Shown here: one piece after another, positions 1 through 7,189 of the stretch | Layout: the number at the start of each line of letters is the position of its first letter | How positions within the stretch are numbered: position 1 is the stretch's first letter | NCBI GenBank assembly: GCA_030668875.1 | Contig: DAOVER010000093.1 | Location: 1 to 7,390, forward strand | Direction of reading: 5' to 3' | DNA: 7,390 nt | Origin: Candidatus Heimdallarchaeota archaeon | GTDB taxonomy: Archaea; Asgardarchaeota; Heimdallarchaeia; Heimdallarchaeales; Heimdallarchaeaceae | Notes under the pieces: generated by a model | Told to the model about the DNA's origin: nothing | Databases searched by the model: none | The model's input: the letters and a program-made list of their open reading frames with translations, nothing else | Position numbers and translations under genes: made by a program

Positions 1-2
1 TG

Positions 3-608
3 TCAGAAGCATTGGAGAACAATATTTCTTTAGCAATAGAACACATTAACAAGAAGGATTTCAAAAGCGCGAATATTATTTCCGTTACATTACTTAATCA
101 ACTACATATGATAGGTGATGGTGTTGACAATGAGGGACTACTGGAGAAAATGATAGAGCTATTGGTAAAATATAGAGATTATTTAAACAAAGGGAAAATA
201 TCAAAAGAGAAGGCAGAAGTGATAGAAACAATATTTAATTCATTAAACTACTTATCTGTGAACATCTTTAGAGAAAAAAAGACAATTCCTTTGAAGGGAA
301 ATCAAGAAATATACAGGTTCTATATAGTAGTAGTAAAAGAGAGATGGAAAGAGATACTTGAATACAAACTATGGGAGATAATAATTCAAACAATGATGTT
401 TAGAGGAGGAAATGATCCCAAAAAAGCCTTCTATTTCACTGAAGAAACTGTAGGTGTACCAAAGAAATTGTTGAAGGAATATGTGAAACAATCACAAGTT
501 GGATTGTTGGCTTATGGAACAGTGATGGGAAACTATCACATAAGAGAGATAGCAAATCATTTTGAGGAAGCGCTAAAAGCAGAACATGAAATAACAACAA
601 TAGAATAA
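3..608 (+). CDS. Hypothetical protein, probably 5'-partial, predicted largely helical
   Basis: The frame is open from the window edge (tca gaa gca ttg...) to TAA at 606-608, so the listed TTG at 12 may not be the real start. Composition is coding-like (Glu/Lys/Ile-rich). No family motif recognised. Confidence 0.7.
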   Translation, partial: SEALENNISLAIEHINKKDFKSANIISVTLLNQLHMIGDGVDNEGLLEKMIELLVKYRDYLNKGKISKEKAEVIETIFNSLNYLSVNIFREKKTIPLKGNQEIYRFYIVVVKERWKEILEYKLWEIIIQTMMFRGGNDPKKAFYFTEETVGVPKKLLKEYVKQSQVGLLAYGTVMGNYHIREIANHFEEALKAEHEITTIE

Positions 609-706
609 GTTGTAGAAACAAATAAAAAATAAAAAACAGCAGAAGGGAAAAGAGCTAGGGAAAAAGGTTTTTATTTGGAAGAACTTTTGTGAAAATGGTT
701 ATAATT

Positions 707-1867
707 ATGGGATTAACAAAAACTCCTTTATGGAAGGTATTTGAGGAAGCTGGAGCAAGAATGATAGATTTTGCAGGCTATTATCTGCCAGTTTCCTTTA
801 CTGGTATTGATGATGAAATCATGGCGACAAGAGAGAGAGTGACTCTGTGCCCTGTAACTGATATGGGTCGTTATTCCTTGAAAGGCAAATTTGCCACTAA
901 ACTTATGGAACTCCTTGTTCCCCGTGACATGTCAGCCATGGAAAATATGAAATGTGGTTATTCTTTTTATCTCAACGAACATGGTGGTTACCGTGATGAC
1001 ACTATTCTCGGTAAAAAGAGCGAAACCGACTACTTCAATGTTTGTAACGCTGGTAGTCAAACCACTAAAGTTTTAGCTTGGATCGGTCAGTTCGTTAAAA
1101 TCTTTGAAGAGATGACTGGTGAACCTCTTGAATTCAAAGACTGGACTTTAGAAACTACCATGTTTGCTGTTCAAGGTCCTAAATACAAGACTGTTTTAGA
1201 TAATCTTGGTGTACCAGATACCGGTGCTTGGCAGATGGTTGAAGCCGAAGTTGAAGGTTGTAAATGTCTATTTACTGGTACTGGTTATACTGGTGAGTCA
1301 GGCTTTGAGGTAGTTATTTTTGATTCTGATCTTGCCAATCCTGAAAAAGGCATCAAGGTTTGGAACGCTATTTTAGAAGCTGGTAAGGAAGTAGGTATTG
1401 CTCTCTGTGGTCTTGGTGCTCGAGATGCTCTAAGAATTGAAGCTGGTCTCCCCCTTTATGGTGAAGACATTCATGAAGAAGTTACCCCCGTTGAAACTGG
1501 TTATGACTTCAAAATGTTCTGTAATCACTTCAAAGAACCTTTCTACTTTGGTAAAGAAGCTCTCCAAAAAGCCAAAAATGAAGGTGTAAAAATCAAGCAT
1601 GTTGGTATCAAACTTTTAGAAAAAGGTATTCCTCGAGCTGATTATGACATTCTCACTCCTGCTGGAGAGAAAATTGGTTATATGGTTAACGGTGTCCGTT
1701 CCCCTGTCATTGGCAATGTAGGCGTTGGTATGGCTTTTGTTGACATTAAATATGATGTACCAGAAACTGAAGTTTTAGTGCAAATTCGTAAGAAGCAAGT
1801 TAAAGCTAAAGTAGTTAAACTCCCATTCTACGATCCTAAGAAGTGGGGTCGAAGAAGAGAAACTTAA
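707..1867 (+). CDS. gcvT: Glycine cleavage system T protein / aminomethyltransferase family (full length)
   Basis: Motifs: N-terminal KTPL..GARMIDFAGYYLPVSF, GGYRDDT (conserved acidic pair), AVQGP, TGYTGESGFE, GLGARDALRIEAGLPLYG, and C-terminal VQIRKKQVKAKVVKLPFY. ATG 707 (MGLTKTPL) best matches typical GcvT N-termini. In-frame GTG 689 and ATG 695 are alternative starts. Confidence 0.9.
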   Translation: MGLTKTPLWKVFEEAGARMIDFAGYYLPVSFTGIDDEIMATRERVTLCPVTDMGRYSLKGKFATKLMELLVPRDMSAMENMKCGYSFYLNEHGGYRDDTILGKKSETDYFNVCNAGSQTTKVLAWIGQFVKIFEEMTGEPLEFKDWTLETTMFAVQGPKYKTVLDNLGVPDTGAWQMVEAEVEGCKCLFTGTGYTGESGFEVVIFDSDLANPEKGIKVWNAILEAGKEVGIALCGLGARDALRIEAGLPLYGEDIHEEVTPVETGYDFKMFCNHFKEPFYFGKEALQKAKNEGVKIKHVGIKLLEKGIPRADYDILTPAGEKIGYMVNGVRSPVIGNVGVGMAFVDIKYDVPETEVLVQIRKKQVKAKVVKLPFYDPKKWGRRRET

Positions 1868-1898
1868 TTTTTTCCCCCTTTTCCTTCTTTTTATTTTA
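1868..1898 (+). terminator. Putative archaeal-type oligo-T terminator of gcvT
   Basis: Pyrimidine/T-run tract (TTTTTTCCCCCTTTTCCTTCTTTTTATTTT) directly after the TAA, conserved in the second copy at 6857-6886. Confidence 0.5.
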
Positions 1899-1927
1899 AA
1901 TTACTGTTTTTTTTAATTTTTCAACTT

Positions 1928-2203
1928 TTACTTATCAATTACATCTGCTATTCGTGATTTTAATTCTTCTATTTTATCTCTTGAAATATTTTTCAAAGTT
2001 AATTTAGGATACGCGTTTATTTGTTTTAATTCTTCATGGATTATATCCTTCAAACTAATATCATGCAACCTTATTTCTGTTAGCGAATTACATTTTGACA
2101 AATAAAAGAAGTTTTGAATCTATATTTTCTTTCCCAAAAGTGCAAGTTTCTTTAGTTTGGGGCATTTGAAATTTCTTTTAAATCCACTCTTATACCTTTA
2201 CAA
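1928..2203 (-). pseudogene. Degraded 3' remnant of a leucine-rich-repeat-like gene, copy 1
   Basis: Manual minus-strand translation: ..VDLKEIS / CPKLKKLALLGKKI*IQNFFYLSKCNSLTEIRLHDISLKDIIHEELKQINAYPKLTLKNISRDKIEELKSRIADVIDK*. Lesions are a 1-nt deletion near 2166-2168 and TAG at 2122-2120 where copy 2 has TGG. Cys-x-x-L-x-x-[LI]-x-L cores recur 24 aa apart. Confidence 0.6.
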
Positions 2204-3559
2204 TCAAAGTTTCCTCTTTTTGTAGAGAAGGAGGACTGGTATAACAATAACTGGTAGGACGACCAGACTCATAAATGCCCAGTAGGGACTTACAATGTTA
2301 ATTCTTTCCAGATTTTCATCAAGGGGATATCTATCTTCTGCTTCTGCTCTTCCATCAATTGTGTAAGAACTATTACCAGCCCAGTCAGACCAGTAGTTGC
2401 CCTTTTTAGCTTTTTTATCATACCAGATGTTATCAAATCCATCATCATAGCCTTGAGAGCTTTCACCAGGATTATTGTTAATAAAGGAGTTATAAGCAAC
2501 CAAGGTTAAATTTGTTCTTCCTTCTAAATACACTCCATATCCTTTATTTTCTTCAAGTCTGTTATAAGTTATCACACAATCTTTACTTCGTTCTAAATAA
2601 ATACCATAGAAATTATTATTAACAGCAGTATTATTTGAAATAGTATTATGCCACGACCCTGCTGTAAAGAAAATACCATAATCATTTTTTTCACAAGTGT
2701 TATTTATGGTTTTAGCAAAAAAAGACTCAATATTATAAATTCCATATCTATTCTCATAACAAGTATTATTGATAAGAGTAACATGAGAACCATGAATACC
2801 TATCCCATACATTTCATTATCTGTGCAATAATTATCTGAGATAATTCCATAAACAAGGATGCACTCTAGTCCATACTTGTTGTTTATACATTTATTATTT
2901 GAAACTTTCTTTGTCTGTGTATTCCTGATTGCCAAACCTACAATTTCATTTTCTTCACATGTATTGTTCTCAACTGTTGCATAGGAAGACAGCAATATGT
3001 CAATACCATATTTATTATTTAAAATACAAGCGTTATCAGTGATTATAGGGTCAGCTGAAAACCAAACAATGATTCCATCACCATTATTATTTGTGCAAGT
3101 GTTGTTGGTGATAGTGGAAAAATGAGCAGCATTGATGTATATTCCATATATGCTTCCTGTGCAAATATTACTTTCTATTCGTGGTTTGCTGTAAGTGGTA
3201 TTGTATACAAAAATCCCGTATCTCTCTCCTGTAACAAGACAATGTTGGATGACAAAATGCTGAGAGGTTTGTTGGACAGCAATCGCACTCTCTTGAGTAG
3301 TATTAATAAGATAATTTTCTATTCTGTAGGGATCTTCTTCCGTTCCTGTTCCTGGAAAACCATAGTCGGTGAAATTCTGGTCAGAGAGGATAATAATTGG
3401 TTCATGAACAGTGTAGGAACAATTAGTCTTTAAAGCAAAAACTGGAGGAGCATCTAATTCTAATTTTAATGAGACACTTGTAGGAGGAGAAAAAAGTAAG
3501 AATAATATGATCATCGTAATTACCAATTCTTTTTTTAAGAATGTTGATAGATTGTTCAT
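2204..3559 (-). CDS. Membrane-anchored right-handed parallel beta-helix (NosD/CASH-like) surface protein
   Basis: 451 aa. Hydrophobic N-terminal signal-like segment; HEPIII.SD..F...GFPGTGT.EDPYRIE leader; about 11 repeats of I-x-x-N-x-C-x-x-N-x-x-G-I; GNYWSD motif; C-terminal TM helix followed by KKRK. No nos genes are present, so this is a fold assignment rather than nitrous oxide reductase function. Confidence 0.85.
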   Translation of the reverse strand: MNNLSTFLKKELVITMIILFLLFSPPTSVSLKLELDAPPVFALKTNCSYTVHEPIIILSDQNFTDYGFPGTGTEEDPYRIENYLINTTQESAIAVQQTSQHFVIQHCLVTGERYGIFVYNTTYSKPRIESNICTGSIYGIYINAAHFSTITNNTCTNNNGDGIIVWFSADPIITDNACILNNKYGIDILLSSYATVENNTCEENEIVGLAIRNTQTKKVSNNKCINNKYGLECILVYGIISDNYCTDNEMYGIGIHGSHVTLINNTCYENRYGIYNIESFFAKTINNTCEKNDYGIFFTAGSWHNTISNNTAVNNNFYGIYLERSKDCVITYNRLEENKGYGVYLEGRTNLTLVAYNSFINNNPGESSQGYDDGFDNIWYDKKAKKGNYWSDWAGNSSYTIDGRAEAEDRYPLDENLERINIVSPYWAFMSLVVLPVIVIPVLLLYKKRKL

Positions 3560-3637
3560 ACTTCTTTCACTTCATTTATTGAACCAAACAGTTATCCCAT
3601 CTATTTATCTTTTTTTATATTTAGTGATTCCAAGTCT

Positions 3638-3660
3638 AAAAAGTCAAAAAAAGGGAAGGA
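3638..3660 (-). terminator. Putative oligo-T terminator after the subtilase gene
   Basis: Minus strand reads TCCTTCCCTTTTTTTGACTTTTT just downstream of the TAA at 3666-3664. Confidence 0.4.
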
Positions 3661-3663
3661 TTT

Positions 3664-5891
3664 TTATGGAAAAAACCATCCTCCACTTCCAGGATAATCT
3701 GTTGGATCTTTTGGGTCTGTTCCTGCACAAAACTCCTCATAGTCTGTATACCCATCATTGTCCGTATCTGTTTCCCGTGGGTCTGTTAACAAAATGATTA
3801 CCTCTACCCTGTCGTTTAAGCCATCGCCATCCGTATCTGGATTAGTTGGGTCCGTATACCGTACTCCTATTCCTGCAATGGTGAAACCTGCTTTTTCCTC
3901 TCCGTCCGTTAATCCATCATTATCTGTATCTGCATCGTTGGGATCTGTATAACGTTTACCAGTTATTGTTGGAATGTAAAAACCATAAACTTCTTGTCCG
4001 TCTGTCAATCCATCATTATCAGTATCAGGATCTAAGTAATCAGTATTATACACACTAGATTCATCACCATTACCTATTCCGTCTCCATCTGTGTCAATTG
4101 ACCCATCAGCAGGATCTAATGGATCATACCCATGTGCTACTTCCCATCCATCAGTTAATCCGTCATAATCTGTATCAGGTCGGAGAGGATTGGTGAAGTG
4201 TGTATTTACTTCGTCTCCATCATTAATGCCATCATCATCAGTATCGCTCTTAACAGGATTTGTTAACATTTGAAACTCTTCAAGATTAGTTAAGCCATCG
4301 TTATCGGGGTCATTAGCAGCGTCATTAATATTTGAATCGAGGTAAAAACCTCTCGTGAAGTGTGCAAATTCCCATCCATCTGGCATACCATCACCATCAG
4401 AATCAGGATCATTTATTCTTGTTAAATACACTTTTTCTTCTCCATCTGATAATCCATCTCCATCAGAATCTATAAGAGTATAGTCAAAGGAATATTCAAT
4501 AGCATCATATGCGTTAACCATTCCAAAACCATGATATTTCTTTAAATAACCGTTCTCATCTCCATTTCCATTTACAATCCGTGCATCTCCAAAACAATCA
4601 GTTCTTGTAGAAGATTGTAAAATATATCTTACATCGCCTGGACTTAAATTTTGATTATTTTTTGCTGCATTTTCTAGTATCAGCGCACACACTCCTGCTA
4701 CATGTGCAGCTGCAGCGGAAGTTCCACCAAATTCATTAGTATGACTATTTCCTAGCGCTGTTGTATAGATATCATCCGTTCCTCCAGGAGCAACAAGATC
4801 TAAATAGTCAAAAGGATCGGGTGACTCATCGTAGTGACTTTCTTTTCCTTCGTGAGAATCAAACCATCTAATATATTCGTCGTAATATTGCATCACAGAA
4901 CCTACTCCAATAACACTTAGAAATGCTGCAGGCTTTGCAAGAAGATTGTATGCAGGACTTTCTGTATATGCATTTCCAGCTGCTGCAACTATAATGATCC
5001 CGCTTCTATATGCTTCTTCACAAGCTGCTCTTAAGAATTGATACTCATGATCTGGAAGTCCGTACGGTGATGTCCACCCAAAACTCATTGAAATGATATC
5101 CATTCCATTGTCAATAGCCCAATAAATCCCAGCAACAACATTATCATAATTAGGACTTATTCCATCATTGTTTCTCACAACATATAAATCAATCTTTGGA
5201 GCTACACCTATTGTTCCCCATTGATTATCTATTGCTGATAAAACTCCTGCACATGCAGTTCCATGTCCGTTTGTATCCTCAGGATAACCTCCATCAACAT
5301 AATCTATTCCACCCTTATAGTTGCTTGAAAGGTCATCATGATCTGTATCTATTCCTGTATCCGTAAGACAAACCTTAATCCCATTTCCAGCTACATTACC
5401 AGTTTCAACATCTTTTGCATTTTCCCCATCCCCCCAAACTTTTTCAGCATCGATATCATCAACTCCCCAATCAAGCGTATCTTGGGGACAATAGAAAGAT
5501 GAGTATTCACTACTTAATGAGTGCTCAAAAATGATGGTAGAATCTGTGAACCAAGAATGTTTAAGATATTCCCCCAGACTTTGGGGAATTATAGCATAAA
5601 TACCGTTTAGATTTTCGTAATGATCTAATATCTGAATGTCTTTGATTTCTACCGTAACATCTGATTTAAAAAAGATTATAGCTTTATGATATTGTTCGTT
5701 TTTTTTACAAAAGTCTCTTGCAGAGATAGTTATAAGAGTGGATCCCTTAGAACTATCTTTAAAGATTTTTGTGTTTAAATATGTTCTGTAGTTTGCTGTT
5801 TAGCAGTAATAGTAGGTACAAAAGTACCAAAAGCTAATATTACCAAAACAGAAATTGTAACAATCTTCAAACAAAATTTTCTCTTTCCCAT
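3664..5891 (-). pseudogene. Secreted S8 (subtilisin-family) serine protease with C-terminal Asp-rich Ca-binding repeats, interrupted by one frameshift near the 5' end (pseudogene or sequencing error)
   Basis: The frame listed as 3664..5178 is open upstream to 5799 and contains a pro-region, QDTLDWGVDDIDAEKVW, catalytic Asp in CLTDTGID (codon 5361-5359), His in TNGHGTACAGV (5265-5263), oxyanion AAAGN and Ser in GTSAAAAHVAG (4719-4717). ATG 5891 encodes a signal peptide (MGKRKFCLKIVTISVLVILAFGTFVPTITA) in another frame that stops at TAA 5777-5775. Adding one base between 5799 and 5775 gives a ~742 aa protein. Confidence 0.85.
3691..4470 (-). repeat. Ten protein-level D-[TSP]-D-x-D-G-x-x-[DN] repeats (thrombospondin type 3-like Ca-binding)
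   Basis: DSDGDGLSD, DSDGDGMPD, DPDNDGLTN, DTDDDGIND, DTDYDGLTD, DTDGDGIGN, DTDNDGLTD twice, DTDGDGLND and DTDNDGYTD. Each is followed by a Glu and most by a T-[DN]-P motif. Confidence 0.85.
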
Positions 5892-5918
5892 TTGAATCGA
5901 TATAAATTATTTTCTAAG

Positions 5919-5926
5919 TACATAAA
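5919..5926 (-). promoter_or_regulatory. Possible TATA box for the subtilase gene
   Basis: TTTATGTA on the minus strand 28-35 nt upstream of ATG 5891, a spacing compatible with a short-leader archaeal transcript. Weak evidence given the AT-rich background. Confidence 0.25.
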
Positions 5927-6364
5927 CCGTTTGTCAAAATTTATTTAATATTTTAATAAACATTCTTTATATTCATGAAGACATTTTATTTAAAACGACT
6001 TTGCATTTTTATTTTAAACAAAAACATCCCACAAAACATCTATGATTCATCATCTTCCAACAATAGATTTCTTTCCTCATATCTTTAAATTTCCCAAGGA
6101 AAAAAGTTTTGATTATAAGTTGGTAGATTAAATACTCCTATGCTTTATTCCAATACTCTCCTTTCTCTATAGTTTCTTCTATACTGCCATCTCGAAAATC
6201 TTTGAATTCATGAAGATATAAAACGAAAATTCATGACCATAATACTATAGGGTTTTCTTTATAATCTTCTTTTTTTCTTTATTCTAAGCAATTAAAATAC
6301 AGAATACCACTTAAATAAATGAAATTTCACACAGACAGAAAGCTTGATACTAAATTTAGTGGTG

Positions 6365-6856
6365 GAAGCTGGTAAAGAAGTAGGTATCGCTCTTTGTGGT
6401 CTCGGTGCTCGAGATGCTCTTAGAATCGAAGCTGGTCTACCTCTTTATGGCGAAGACATTCATGAAGATGTTAACCCTGTTGAAACTGGTTACGACTTCA
6501 AAATGTTCTGTAATCATTTCAAAGAACCTTTCTACTTTGGTAAAGAAGCTCTCCAAAAAGCTAAAAACGAAGGTGTAAAAATCAAACATGTTGGTATCAA
6601 ATTGCTTGAAAAAGGTATTCCTCGAGCAGATTATGATATTCTCACTCCTGCTGGAGAAAAAATTGGTTACATGGTTAATGGTGTTCGTTCTCCTGTTATT
6701 GGTAATGTAGGTATTGGTATGGCTTATATTGACATTAAATATTCTGAACCTGAAACTGAAGTTTTAGTGCAAATTCGTAAGAATCAAGTTAAAGCTAAGG
6801 TTGTTAAACTACCCTTCTACGATCCTAAAAAATGGGGCTGGCGCAGAAAGGCTTAA
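6365..6856 (+). pseudogene. gcvT: 5'-truncated gcvT copy (last 163 codons only)
   Basis: 152/163 aa identical to the C-terminal part of the 707-1867 protein, with no internal stops or indels. It lacks the N-terminal region with the DD pair and TGYTGE motif. In-frame TTG 6344 and GTG 6359/6362 lie just outside the clear homology. Confidence 0.85.
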
Positions 6857-6886
6857 TTTTTTCACCCTTTTCCTTCTTTTGTTTTA
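6857..6886 (+). terminator. Putative oligo-T terminator, copy 2
   Basis: T/C-rich tract after the TAA, homologous to 1868-1898. Confidence 0.4.
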
Positions 6887-6916
6887 AATTACTGTCTTCC
6901 TTTGATTGTTCAACTT

Positions 6917-7189
6917 TTACTTATCAGTTACACCTGCTATTCGTGATTTTAATTCTTCTATTTTTTCTCTTGAAATATTTATCGAAGTTAATTTTTGGAC
7001 ACGCGTTTATTTTTTTCCATTCTTTGTTGCTTATATCCTTCAAACTAATACCATGCAACCTTAGTTCTGATAGCGAATTACATTTAGATAAAAAAGTTTT
7101 GAATCCAAATATTCTTTTCCAAAAGCGCAAGTTTCTTTAGTTTGGAGCATTTTGAAATTTCTTTTAAATCCACTCTTACACTTTTACAA
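6917..7189 (-). pseudogene. Degraded 3' remnant of a leucine-rich-repeat-like gene, copy 2
   Basis: Three frame segments: DCKSVRVDLKEISKCSKLKKLALLEKNIWIQNF / LSKCNSLSELRLHGISLKDISNKEWKKINACPK / LTSINISREKIEELKSRIAGVTDK*. Lesions are a 5-nt deletion near 7089-7095 and a 1-nt insertion near 6992-6996. The listed ORF 6924..7130 is the middle segment read in part. Confidence 0.6.

Larger units (their letters stand above)
1376..2290 (+). repeat. Direct repeat copy 1 (~915 bp): gcvT 3' half + terminator + LRR remnant + beta-helix gene membrane-anchor tail
   Basis: Aligns by eye with 6365-7276. The offset is 4989 through gcvT and 4986 at the beta-helix stop codon. All three indels fall in the LRR remnant. 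Confidence 0.95.

Noticed and set aside
436-621. 61 aa minus-strand ORF
   Set aside because: Antisense shadow of the purine-rich plus-strand gene; no motif.
2290-2499. 69 aa minus-strand ORF
   Set aside because: Alternative frame inside the beta-helix gene; no independent support.
2204-3559. Annotation as nosD of nitrous oxide reduction
   Set aside because: Only the beta-helix fold is shared. There is no nosZ/F/Y/L context, and the TM-anchored architecture fits a surface protein.
2648-3952. Plus-strand ORFs 2648..2839, 3122..3433, 3507..3797 and 3758..3952
   Set aside because: Antisense to well-supported genes. The Ser/Val/Pro bias is what the complement of Asp/Thr/Gly repeat codons produces.
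5773-5779. Minus-strand TTTAAAC, the classic U-UUA-AAC slippery heptamer, at the subtilase frameshift
   Set aside because: Wrong phase. Canonical -1 frameshifting needs the incoming frame to read T|TTA|AAC, but the signal-peptide frame reads ATT|TAA. The heptamer is phased to the downstream frame, so it does not support standard programmed frameshifting.
6009-6329. Stop-codon reassignment as an explanation for the interrupted frames
   Set aside because: TAA, TGA and TAG all interrupt the relic frame, and intact genes end normally at TAA or TGA, so no single recoding explains it.
6396-6578. 60 aa plus-strand ORF
   Set aside because: Off-frame shadow within the gcvT fragment.
6832-7140. 102 aa Phe/Leu-rich plus-strand ORF
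   Set aside because: Complement of the Lys/Glu-rich LRR remnant, not retained as an ORF in repeat copy 1; the hydrophobicity is a T-richness artefact.
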